A DNA stretch of 64,000 nt from Hormiphora californensis (lineage: Eukaryota > Animalia > Ctenophora): the NCBI GenBank assembly GCA_020137815.1, contig CM035354.1, positions 8,060,001-8,124,000 on the forward strand. The letters are read 5' to 3'. The translations under genes and the position numbers were made by a program. Of this stretch, positions 30,954 to 43,464 are shown in pieces (within the stretch, counting starts at the first letter, position 1; the number at the start of each line of letters is the position of its first letter). The notes beneath the pieces are model-generated. The model was given only the letters and a program-made list of their open reading frames with translations, did not search any database and was not told where the DNA came from.

Positions 30954-31933
30954 TATGCAGGGTTTTAGCACGTAAGCAAAGTGAATTACATTGTTTCAAG
31001 AACAAAACGAAATAAAATAAATCATAATTTTTGGGTTTTCAAAAGGTTATATTGCGTTTTTCGGTATTTACAATTCAAATTATTTACAATTTATTTACAA
31101 CGAAAACAATAACTCTATGTCATGAATGAACAACAGAGAAATTGTTTTACTGAGATTGGGGAGAAGTACTCCGTCACACTCTCTACACACAGAATATATG
31201 GGACACCCTGTATGCACTCCAGAAACAATGATCTTCAACTGCATTACCGGCCACCTAGTGTTTTGAGAAATATAAGAGAAAGAGATCTATTATAATACTT
31301 AGCAGTTAGCTTCTGTCTGTATCTAAAACTAATTGCTCGAACAAAAACAACCCATGATTCAAAGGTCGAATGCTAGCGACACTTAGCCTATAGCACTGTC
31401 TCTGTTGTATGTTTTCGCTTTAAAGATCGATCTGTATTACAAGGTATATTATACGACTCTTACACAACTACAACTACTCTATAGAAGAAGAAGGGAGAGA
31501 GATGCTCTGTATATGCATGATCACACACACACATATTATATATAAATATATATAATGTGTGGAGCAAAAACACACACATGTGTTCCTTTCAACAGTAATG
31601 AGATGAAGACCAGGGATTGGATTGCTTCGAGTATAACCGAGGGAGGGAGAGGGAGAGGGAAGGAGGGAAAGCAAAGAAAGCAAGACGAAGAGAGAACAAA
31701 ATGGCAATGTGAGTGTGTTCACTTTTTGGGAGTGAGCAATTGAGAACTTCTTCCCTCAAGAACGTCGTGGTTAAACCAAAGATTGCTTGCAGTTTAAACC
31801 TAGAGAGAGAGCTGAGCACTTAAATTAGCTAATGAGAAAATTTCTCCCCTCACGTTAACCCCATGTCACTCTCCATCGTTCTCACTATTTCCCATCTTAA
31901 AGTAGCCTCTCTTTCATCGAGTTCATGGCGGGG

Positions 31934-33020
31934 TCACGCGTAGTCCGGCTCGTACTGGATGTAGGCGAGTATCTTCCCCGGCACAAGACCAAACCCTCCC
32001 GAGGTGTAAATCTCATACCGTCCATCCTTGTGGTTCCGTAGCACCTGGAAATGAAATGGGTTAGAAGTACAAAGGTCAAAGGACGTTCAGAAATAAAGAA
32101 TGAAGGTATTTTTGAGTTACTAAAAATAGATGAATTCCTTGTTGGCAAATAACGGGCTCCTGCACATAGCTCGGCCTTCAAAGGCTAGTCTAAGAGAGAC
32201 GAGGTAAACAAAGAGCTCCGGGTAATTACAGGCTAGGGTGCCATACTCTTTATATCTGGACTATAATATCTCAGGCTGGTTTACAGTAACTTGAGGTTCA
32301 ATAAACAAAAAAATGGAAAAGAGTTGAGAAAACAACAAAGACATGTACCTTGACCATGGTCCCCTTTAGTACGGAGATCTCCTCATCTTGCTGTGCTTCA
32401 TAGTCACTGGTGATCTTCGTCAGGTAGCCTTTCGGGTGATCTGAAACATAACTCGAGGTCAATTAAGGGTCAATTAAGGTCTGGTCAATTAATTAGTCCG
32501 GTGATGAGGAGATACAATTTCAATATGTTGTTGTTGGGTGATCTTGTAAAAACTTATTTTTGTCTGTGGAAAAGATCAGGATCCAGTTGGGGGTTTAATT
32601 ACGGTTTTTGGGTCCGGTGTGTAAGGAGATAAGGTTTTTTTTTAGCAAAAAAAAAGTACTGGAAGAGGGGGGTGGAGGGGGGGGAGAGAGAAAAGGGGAA
32701 AAGGAGGTAACCGGAAAGAAAAAAGAAAAGAACCAAACCCCCCGGAGCCCCCCCTTCCCTCTCTTTTTCCCCTTTTTCCCCCCGGGTTTCCTTTTTCTTC
32801 CCCTTTCCTATCTTGCTTTTTCTCTCTATCTCTACTTTTCCCCCTCCCCTCTCTCTCATCTCTCCTCCCCTCCTTCTTATTCCCTTTTTGGGAAGGGTGG
32901 AGACTTCAACAGGAACGGCGCCGGAGCCACGTCGGGATCCTCCACGGGCATTTCCCTCGGTCTGGTTGCAGCCTCGGCGGTCAGGGCGGCGGTAGGGCCA
33001 CTAGAGAACCATCCGCCCAT
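31934..33020 (-). CDS. Small N-myristoylated SH3-domain protein; exons ~32890-33020, 32349-32440, 31934-32044
   Basis: Starts MGGWFSS. The last two exons splice in phase with canonical sites and give GYLTKITSDYEAQQDEEISVLKGTMVKVLRNHKDGRYEIYTSGGFGLVPGKILAYI, an SH3 pattern. The first donor lies in low-quality sequence. Confidence 0.75.
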
Positions 33021-33271
33021 TGTTCCGGTTTGTCATGGTCGAGTTCAAACAAACACTACATAACAGCGAACAAGTACTAGAAAGGGGAGGAGACTTGTAT
33101 ACACTAATGCAGTGAGTAACTCAAGGTAAACGGCCACCGGGAGCCTATGAGAGGAAGGGAGAAAACGACAGGGACAGGGAGAATAGGAGGAGGAAGAGAG
33201 GCAAAAGGAGAAGGGAAAGGGGAACGGAGCAAACATAGAATGAGAGAGGAAGAGATGCCAAAGAGAGAGTA

Positions 33272-33306
<35 letters not shown>

Positions 33307-33418
33307 GAGAGAGATAAAAGGCAAAGTAAGTAACTCAGGGAAACAGAAAGGGCTCAAGGGGGCTCCAGCTGAAGGCATGCATCTGGCGACTGATGCCAAG
33401 AGATAGAAAGATGGAAAT

Positions 33419-33482
<64 letters not shown>

Positions 33483-33847
33483 CTATATATTTTCTTTACT
33501 AGCTCAAGACAGCGATCAGTATGCAGCCTAGGTAACGACAAAAGTAGGATTTGAATAAATGGATCTCTCGAGCTTTGAGCTAGTGACGTGAGAGAGAGAG
33601 AGAGAGAGATAAAGAGAGAGATAGGAAGAGAGAGAGAGAGAATGAGAGAGAGAGATAGAGAGAGCGAGAGAGGCAGGTATGCTTATAGTGTACTGCCTAC
33701 ACACACAATTGTACTGGCGGATGAGAGGTCCAGTAATGAGCCATTACTACTTCGAGAGAGCCGCTGCACCCTGGATACAGCTACCTCCCCATTGGACGAC
33801 AGGAGGTAATTGCAAACACTGTTGCTACCCGGTATAGGGGAGCACTG

Positions 33848-33896
33848 GTCACGTGATGTGTTGTCACGTGATGTTACCCGTTATTACCATGGTAAC
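33848..33896. promoter_or_regulatory. Two E-boxes (gtCACGTGat) and an X-box-like palindrome between the divergent SH3 and TRIM genes
   Basis: gtcacgtgat twice, followed by attaccatggtaac at 33883-33896. Confidence 0.35.
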
Positions 33897-34527
33897 CCAT
33901 CCCCTGGACGTGGTATAACGTTACAATGCGCTCCCTGTGTCACCCCGGACAACGCAAACAACACACAACTGAGATCTTTGAGTGTGGGAGAGACACGTAA
34001 GTGGTTTAAATAGAGGCAGGTAGAGAGAGAGACTAAAGAGTGAGAAGAAGGGAAGATGTGTGGGGCATCATCCCGGGCCACCAGGAAGCTATTGACAATG
34101 GAACTACCTGCAACTCACATGTGTGTGTTGGGACCAAGACAATACTAGAACATGTGTGTGATGTCATGATACTGGCATTGCAACAAACTACAAAGACTGT
34201 GCCGTGCTGTGAACAAGCAGGACGGTAGGAGTGACCACGCTGATGATAGATTCTGAGTTAACAATAATTTTATACTTTAGCCTAGTACCTATAACCTATA
34301 CCTGGTCGGATATCAATGTGATTCTCTCTGTGTTATGTGGTTGTGATGATCACGAGACTGGAATTTTAAAGGTGCCCCCTCCTAGGAGGATGCACGGTAA
34401 GCTAGAGAAAGAGAGAAGTACACACCAGCACTGTCTTATCAAGCATAGTACACCGCTGTAAGCAATTGTGTATCGAACGAAATCTTTTTGTACGTTCTTG
34501 ATCATCAGTTTTTGAGTGCATTTCACA

Positions 34528-37500
34528 ATGGTTAGTTAGATAGTATTTTGGGCCACCGTTACCATGGCAACTGCACCTGTCTTAATTTTATTCTTTCAGG
34601 CTGCCGGATCTTCAGTCTCGGAGCGATTAGACCTCGAATTACGATGTCCAATATGTTTGGAAAGATATGGCGGAGTTTTAAAGTCACCACGAGCATTGCC
34701 CTGCCTCCACTCTCTCTGTTCTCCATGCCTCACCATCTTTATCAAAAACGGTAGAGAATGGGATCTATTTTACCCAGATCTGCAGCCTTCACATGATGAG
34801 TTATCAAAGTGATTTGCCATCTGGCGCATTAATGTGTCGAGATCATTGTCCTCCTTGACACACCCACGCTCACACAAATCACAACGCAGTCAACACACAT
34901 TACTGCAGCTCACATTTCATAAAATCCAACTTTTTTCAGAAGCGGTAGGTTCAGTTCTCAACTGTCCAACCTGTCGACAGCCCTTCTCTGTGCCATTTAA
35001 TGGGACGTTTGGTTTTCCAGTGAACCTCAGTATAAACAATCTTTTGGAAATAGGCAAGTGTGTGTATAAACATGTGTGATTAACAATGGAATGTCTCTAC
35101 AGAGTTCTCTACGTTTAAAACTCAATTTACCCTCTCCCCCCTCTCAGCTGACCTATTGTCATTGGAGAGAGGTGAGGACAGGTCGAGGACACTAGCCAAA
35201 ATCAAAGTCTGTAAAGTTCACCGAACCGAGGTTATCAAGGTATGCACACAGCTTTTAGAGTCTGCTCTAAGTAGCAACGACCGCTGCCAGATCGTGTAGT
35301 CTCGTCATTGGACACACTCTCTCCCACAAGTTCTTCTTTTGCACAAACCTCTCCACAGTCAGACTGTGAGACTTAACGGAGAACCCACCAATAGCATAGA
35401 TGTATTTATCACTGACAACAACCCCCATCCCATCCCTGGGGGCGAGGAGTGGGGAAGTCTTTCTCCAAGAGTTACTTCTCGTATCATACATCTCACAATC
35501 AGCTACAGCCCGGCCTCTCCTCCCTCCCACCGCGTACAGGCACCCCCTCACGGCACACAGCCCCAGTCTCTCCCGGGGCAGTAGCATGGGTGAGACGTAG
35601 CTCCATTTATCGTTATCAGGTAGGTACACCTCGACACTATCCAACACACAGTCCCCATCATATCCACCTGCAGCGAACATATGGCCCCCAGCAGCCGCCA
35701 CTCCCAGCCAACATCTCTCCATGTTCATAGGGGAGAGGGTCACCCACAACTCAGTATCTACCTCAAACTTCTCCGTTGTATTTAGGATGGTCTCCCCGTT
35801 GTGTCCCCCTGTGACATAAATCTCCCCGTTTATAACACAGGACCCATGACCAGACCGCTTGTATCTCATCTTGGTAGATGCAACCCATCTGTCCTGATCG
35901 ATTAGGTAGATAATGGTACTGTTCAATATGCCTCTCTTATCATTCTCCCCTCCCAGTATGTATACCTTGTTCTTGATACACACTGCACTCGCTTCCCTCC
36001 TGGGTGCCCTCATCTTCCCTCTCTTGCTCCAGTTGTTGGTCCGGGGGTTGTAACAATCCACCGTATGCTCCGTCCCCTCGCCACCAAATATAAATATCAT
36101 CCCACTTTGCACGCCCTGTCTCGGACTTGGTCCATTGGTCTCCACAGCGCCTGTAGATCCCTTCAAAATATGGAAATCCTTGGCATCATCCAACATCTTC
36201 CTACACACGGGGTCCTCTAGAATGACCTTCTCTCTAGCTACCACCTCTAGTAGGTAGATAGGTGGGATGAGAGGGAACCGCACGTGGGATAGCAACTCAG
36301 CAAGATGATTCTTTCTGCGGTCCTGGTTGTGGTTGATCCACCTCATTACCGCCTCATATACCACCTTCTCTTCATCTACATTTAGATCATCAGCTGAGAT
36401 AAGATCATACACCTTCTCAAAGGGCATCAGACGGAATGATTCATCATCTATAACCTCTCTGAACCGAGCTTTAGAAACACGGAGTGCTGCATTGTACAAC
36501 CGTTCTATTTCCTGCTGCTCAGCGAACCTCAACCTATCGATACAGTTGTGATGGTCCAATGTCTTCTCTAGCACCTCAATACACAGACCCCTGAGATCTG
36601 GGAGCTGGAACAACTCGACAACACAATACAGATTCTCAACCATACTCTCTCGTATCGTTATCTTCCCGGTGTAAAGGTAGTCAATAACTGTCTTGACTGC
36701 AACAGATTCCACATTGTGCAGCACGACCTGGGTGATGTGATCGTAGGCATATCTGCTGTCAAAGAGGCTCTGAAAGTAAGGGCTCCCCTGGGATAACACT
36801 GCCTTGTGTACACCTGAATGAAAGGGGAATATATTACTAGATGCCGGCCGGTATAATGTGATGAAAGAAAACACCGGTTGCCATGGTTACCTATTTGTTC
36901 ATCGTCCACAACTAAAGTAGCGTCACAGAAGAGCTCGTGTTGTTTATACGCAAAGAATGCCTCTACCAGGAGATCGGAATGCTTGGGGCGTTTATACTCC
37001 ATCAATGACAATCACACACAGCTATATGATCATAAGAAGGGAGAGAGGTAGCAAAGTATCAAATTAACTCACAGAGAAACACGGTGTTACCAAGGCAACG
37101 GGAACATGCACAGGACGAGAAACGTAAGGGCACCGTGCACCTAGTTAATGCTATAACAATTTTTCGATTTGGGTAACCAACTTAGAGATCTATTTCCCAG
37201 CTAAAGGCACCCTACTGAATTACATCCTCTCAGATGTTTTGTAACGCCTGTAAGGAGAGCTGCTGTACGCTGTGTGCCGTGACAATCCACAAACAGCATC
37301 CAACCACCACCCTGGCGGAGGCTTGTGAAGAGGTCAGTTACCATGGAAACAAAATAACAAACAAAATAACTTTGAGCAATTTTTATAGGTCAGATCAAAG
37401 TTAACGACGCAGGACAGAATGTGTACCACCGCTCAGACAGACATTGACAACCGTCTCAACCATGTGAGGTTAGTGTTACCATAGCAACCGCGTCATGTTC

Positions 37501-39370
37501 CATAGTAACCAGACAACAGTACACAGAAGAGTATGCTGGAAGGTTCCGCTACGAACGCCAAGAGGATAGTCAATGAGGCCATTGACAAATGTGTCAAGGC
37601 AATGCGTCAACGAGAGAAGAGCCTGCTTTCAGCGATCGACAGAGACAAGAGGCTTTCACAGGAGATACTGAATAGACAGAGAGAGAGGCTCATCTCAAAG
37701 AAAACTTCCCTGGACAAGGTACTATCTCTCTCTCTCTCTCTGGTAATACTGCATCTTATTCTGTGTACGTTTGAAGAGAAGTTGATTACTCCATGCACTC
37801 ATGCGGCACACATGTCTAGTACACCTCGCCACACACACAGACGTACTGACAGACGTACTGACAGATGTACTGACAGACGTACTGACAGACGTACTGACAG
37901 ATGTACTGACAGACGTACTGACAGACGTACTGACGGATGTACCTTCTTTAGAAGAAGCACAGGCTACTGGAAACGCTGCAGGGGACGGATGCGGAACTGA
38001 TGGAGCAGAATTTGGATGAGGAGATTTTCAGTAGTAATTCATCAAACACAAGTAAGCAGTTACAATTCTTAGACTGCAAGTCCTTAGATTTGCAAAATAT
38101 AACGATTCTACTTCCTGAAACTAGAGATTCTTATCATAACCCCCTGGATAATAAATATGCATTCATTTTCCAGTGTATACAGACGCAAAGAAGATTGTTT
38201 TTGAGCCACATAATCTGGAGAGTATTTGTAGAGCAGTGAAAAGTCTTGGTGATTCGAACATCGCTCTCACCTTACAAACTGGTATTATATTGCGGACTCA
38301 TTATTTATCTTGATAAATATCATTATTCATTATTGATTTTGATAAATATCAAAACAATATAACTCAATCGGACCCCTCTCTAACGCTAACACCCCAGTCA
38401 TTCCGTCAGGAAGCTCAGCACTAACAGGAAACCTCATCGGACGAAAGGGAAGTGGTCCAGGGGAGTTCCAATACCCACTGGGGCTGCGATCCCACGGTGG
38501 TGCTCTGTATATCGCTGATGCAGGAAACAATCGAATTCAAGTTCTCAACTCTACATTATCACACGAACTCAGTATCCAGGAAACTCCAGAGAGCGGTGGA
38601 TTCGACAGACCAAATGATGTTTGCATCGACCGAAACGGAATGATAATCATAGCGGACACTTTCAAGAATGCCCTTCACTGGTTTAGTCAGGAGGGGACAC
38701 ACCAGAGAACGCTAACAGGCCTCCTAAACAGACCATTCTCCCTTTGTATTGCTTCAGATAACTCGGTAGTTGTAGCAGACACGGGAAACCACAGAGTGAG
38801 AGTTATCAGTCAGGTATCCGGGCAGAAGAACCTAGTGTTTGGAAGGTACGGCAAGGAGGAGGGAGATTTTGATGGTCCTCACTCTGTGGCAGTAGACGGT
38901 CATGACAATATTTATGTGGCAGATCTGTATAATCAGAGGCTACAGGTGTTTGATAGGCAGGGCGGCTTTCTGAGAGTTATTGGGTCTGGTCTGAACCTCC
39001 AGGCACCCCGATCCATTGCCATCAACAAGGGAAGATATACATAGTAGACTGGGGATACACATACATACAGGTAAACATCTCTCTAATCCTGAATATATCA
39101 CCCCTTGTAGTAACTGGCACTCTCTTAAAACCAACTTGCGTGTTACAGGTAGTGAACCTGAAGGGAGCCCCGTTGTTCCAGTTTGGAGTTTACAGCCAGA
39201 AAGGAGAGCAGATAACACCCAATTCAATTGCTGTTGACAGTGCTAGTGACAGTTGTCATGGTAACAGTGATGGTTGTCATGGTAACAGTGATAGAGTGTT
39301 TATCAGTGACTGCAACAACCACAAAGTTTATCACATCAAAATGGACCACCACTCAAAATACAACATGTAG
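34528..39370 (+). CDS. TRIM-NHL E3 ligase (RING, B-box, coiled coil, NHL repeats; TRIM2/3/71-like)
   Basis: ATG micro-exon 34528-34530, then RING CPICLERY..PRALPCLHSLCSPC..LNCPTCR. B-box CKVH..|MFCNAC..CCTLC..HKQH is split by intron 35240-37233. NHL repeats: GSGPGEFQYPLG, FDRPNDV, GDFDGPHSVAVD..IYVADLYNQRLQVF. Confidence 0.9.
35267..37002 (-). CDS. Kelch-like protein (BTB-BACK-6xKelch), nested antisense in a TRIM intron; exons 36891-37002 and 35267-36813
   Basis: LFCDATLVV..HKAVLSQGSPYFQSLF..IDYLYTG (BTB); LISADDLNV..EKVVYEAVMRW..LLSHVRFPL (BACK); six GG-containing Kelch repeats. Confidence 0.95.
37838..37934. repeat. 12-bp tandem repeat (cagacgtactga) x8 in a TRIM intron
   Basis: Seen directly. 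Confidence 0.92.
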
Positions 39371-40534
39371 TGAAAAGTTAGTTTCTCTCCCACTGTGTGA
39401 CACACAAATAATGTTTTTAAAAGAGTTGTCTCGTGCTTGTAGAAATTCAAAAAGGTTGTAGCGAAAACATTCCATGTGATTTTTAGTGCATGTCCATTTA
39501 ATACTCCAGAGGTGGAAGGTGGGATAGCATGTTTATTATTCCTTACCATTCCAGATACATGCATTATACTTTTCGTGACAGATTATGGTACATATCTTGA
39601 CCAAAACCGAAGTGCTAAAAATAAATCTTTGAACCTTTTTTACTCGAGAACCTTTGAAATGAATACCATTGAAAATTATATCACTGGATCATGGATTACT
39701 GGATCATGGATAGAGTAGAAGTTTGAAACTCACATTTTGGTATACAACTAGTAAACCTGTAGACGGACCTTTTTGGTCACGTTATTGCAAGGGGCAACCT
39801 TGCGGTGCACGCGATTTGAACTTTGCTGAGTAACGCACACGAAAATAAATAAATTGTTACCACGTGCGCACGTAACTGTAACACGCAATAAAATTCAATT
39901 TATGTCGGCCACGCATTTTTCCAAAGATTTTGAGAATCTTAAAAGAAGAAATCTGAAACTGAAGTTCGATTTTTTCCCTGACAAAAACACAAATCCTTTT
40001 GGGCAGAGAAAACAGCATTATGAAGCATAATGCAATTAATCTTGTTCAATGATGAACCATTATGAATCATTATTTCATTAGAGACAGACATCACAGATCT
40101 TTATTAATGTGATGTCTGTCTCTAACATTTCTGTTTAATTGTTAGATGAATCTTCACACCGGACACCACATAGAATGTGGTAGTACAATTTTCAACACGT
40201 TGCAATATCGCTATTGTACTCCCATTATCTGGACAGTGACATCCTGGATTCTTGGAAGGGGTCTTAGCATTTGTATATTATAATACAGTTAACTCTTTCA
40301 TCTTGTACTTTGGGAGATCGTCACGCTTCTTTACAACTGAATCATTACCCTCCTTTATTCGACATTGAATAATTTTGAGCGGCCATTGCAGGAATTTAAT
40401 ACTTTCTAGATACACACATGTAGATGGATTTTACGTGCTTTATTACACAATGATAATGTGATAGATTCTTTCAGGCTCGGCCCAAAAGTACAACTACATA
40501 GCTCGCAGGCTCGCTCAGTAGTTACACTTACGCT

Positions 40535-40740
40535 CCAGTTACAAATTGGAAACTGATATCAGATTGGAAACTGATATCAGTTTCTAGCTGAGAGACTCCT
40601 GATGAACCATGCTGTGCGTGATATTTACGATCACGTGATCGATGTGAATTGCATTGAAAGTTAGCGCCATGCGTAGTGTCAGCAGTGCTAGCGGCAACTG
40701 GGACCTGGAAACCGATATCAGTTTCCAATTTTGTAACTGG
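40535..40740. mobile_element. ~205-bp MITE-like element with ~26-bp terminal inverted repeats
   Basis: Left ccagttacaaattggaaactgatatc; right gatatcagtttccaattttgtaactgg (one indel). Internal sub-terminal copies of ggaaactgatatc; no coding capacity. Confidence 0.72.
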
Positions 40741-42620
40741 TCACTTAGCCTGCCTCGCAGGCTCGGCAGCTAAGTAAAAGAATCTGCCTCGACATATCGG
40801 TCTCGGTCCATCATTGTTGTAATTTAAAACACTCGACCTTCAATGTCGTGCTTTAAATTGTAATAATTAAATGTATTTTAAGCTTAGAGGGTGTGCCAGG
40901 TGCCTGTGGATCATAGTACTGTTATTGTGAAATAAGTACTTTCAGCAGCGTTGCTGTTTTCACTCCTAGTATTATCATTATGTTTTATGAACTGCTTATT
41001 AATGTGTGTGACTGTGAGTGTCCGGTAATCGGGTAATGGTAAGTGTAATTATCGATCAGTACTAACTTCTAGGTGGTATTTGGTATGTAATCAGGTATGT
41101 AATGGCGATGAAATGATATATTATAATACTGGCACCACTTCATAACATAATACTGACAATCTCTAGACTGCGTTGTTGGTAGATCTTAGCAGGTGATTTT
41201 GAGTGTACACTTTACCACCTAGAAGTAAAGTTCATTTGACTCCCAATTATATAGATATTTGGGTGACAAGTCCCACGTTTACTACAAAACAGTTGTTGTG
41301 CATGCCTTAATACAGCTGCAGGCTTCATTCGTCTTTTGAATATTTCTCCGCATTGTGTTTATTATCAGGATTGCTCCTCGGCAGCTGCTCTGTACGGAGT
41401 ATATAAGCTATAATTCACAAACAAACTCCAGAGAATCTAAGTTCTCTGTAGAGTTCTCTCTGAGGATTGACTCCCCAAACCAACACAGTAATAAGCTATA
41501 ATTCATAAGTTGAGAGAGATTGGAGTGGCCAAAAGTTTATGAGGCACATTATTATGAGACGGATGGCGACCTCGATTAGGATCGCCGGTACATCACTGGT
41601 ACATTCTCCTAATTCATAAATTGAGGAACTTATCTCTTTATTGAACACATTGAACCTCTCTCTATAACATAAATTCCGAAGAATATTTTACTACCTTACG
41701 GCTTATGATTCAACAACATCGATCACTGCTCCAAGTGTTATAACAGACACAGATGTGAACCCGCACGTGCGTCTATAAATAGGAAAGCACATACAGTAGA
41801 TAGATAACATATTATCTGTCTACTGTATGTGTTTTCCTGCATATATATATAGAGTTTTACAACTAGCTCTCCGACACCTGTCGAGATCGAGCACTCTCCT
41901 GCTGGAACGGACTACTACTACTTTATAGAGTTTTAAACAACTTTCGTTGAATTAAGTTAGACCAGTAGAGTGATGAAGGGTAGATATCTGACTGAGATAC
42001 TAGATACCCTTTAGAAAATATATCCTTAGACACATATACCACTTCAATCCTTTACTTCCTAAGTATATAAAGAAGTAATTGCTATTGGCATATTATATCA
42101 TGTATATTGATTCCCACGGCCTATAAAAGAGATTTCAATTATGTATGAAGTAATAAGAGGTCAAATATTGAATATCTTATCTTGCTGACTGACATGGAGT
42201 GATTACTACTTACTTCAGTTACTTTTTATCGTGTAATGCTCTTACCCTCTCACCTGGTTGATCTTCTTAGCACGTGTGCTAAAAAGATCATACAGGGTTT
42301 ATAATTCTTGGATTTCTGGGGGATATCTCGCGTGTGAACTGAGATCCTGTCTCGGTAGCAGGGCAGCAACGCTTTCCTGTCGGAGATTGTGCTCTTTAGT
42401 TGTTGTCTATGGTGGTGTATTCGTGCCATTAATGTTACTAGCAAAACTGGGGCGATCGTACCGATCGCAAATCGAGGGGTCTGTTTTTCTCTCTGCCTGT
42501 CTGCTATATGCTATGTGATGTGATCCCTCTCTTTTTCTCTCTTTCTCTCCCTTTTATACATGTGATGTGACCCCTCAAGTCGCAAGCAGTTCTCAACACG
42601 TGTGATACGTGATACCTACG

Positions 42621-42704
42621 AATCACGTCGTCACACTGACGGATCATGTCGTCACGCTGACGGATCACGTCGTCACATTGACGGATCACGTCGTCACATT
42701 GACG
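42621..42704. repeat. 21-bp tandem repeat (gatcacgtcgtcacattgacg) x4
   Basis: Seen directly. Confidence 0.88.
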
Positions 42705-43464
42705 ATAGGGTGTCACATTTCCGTGCAAATTTGCATTAGATATAGTTAGATATGTTCCGAATTGAAAAAAGTTTTGTGTGGCAGGAATCTACCATGACCA
42801 ATGGTATGATTATGGTCATTGACGCAAAAGAATCATGAACATTAAATCACACATTAAATCCCAGTCTCTTTATTTCCATCTCTATTTCTCTCCTTCCCCT
42901 CACAGCAGGAAATTACAATTTTACTTCTGCAAGGGAGGACCAATGATTGACAATGTGATGATGAAAATTATTTACTTGTCTGTTTAAGGGCGTCTTCGGT
43001 CTGTCCTGTTAGCTCGGGTATTGTTGTTGTCCGTGTTGCGGGTACTGGGGTAGGGGGAGTATTTGCATAATGCTATAATAGTATTATTATTTGGCGTTAG
43101 GATACAGGGTCCTGTGAGTGCACTATTGTTCTGCTCCCTTCCTTAGTCCCTCCTTGTTTCCCGTGCCTAGGCAGGTCTGTATTCCCTCTCTAGGTTTCAG
43201 AATCTCATTAGGTAATGTCAGTGTCACATGTGATGTAACTAATGACTCCCCTAATTAGAGGTGTTTACTAAGTCCAATGGATACATAGTGCAAATATTCC
43301 TGTTTCTGTATGTAGTTGGTTGATGAGGGTGAACGTGACTGCTTTCTCTTCCGAAAAAGAAAGAAACAGCGTCAATGTGTCAACAAGTCTGTAGCACTGA
43401 AATATAATATTTTTAATGTATCTCTTATTGATTCTGCCACATATCTATTGTCACATATAATCTA

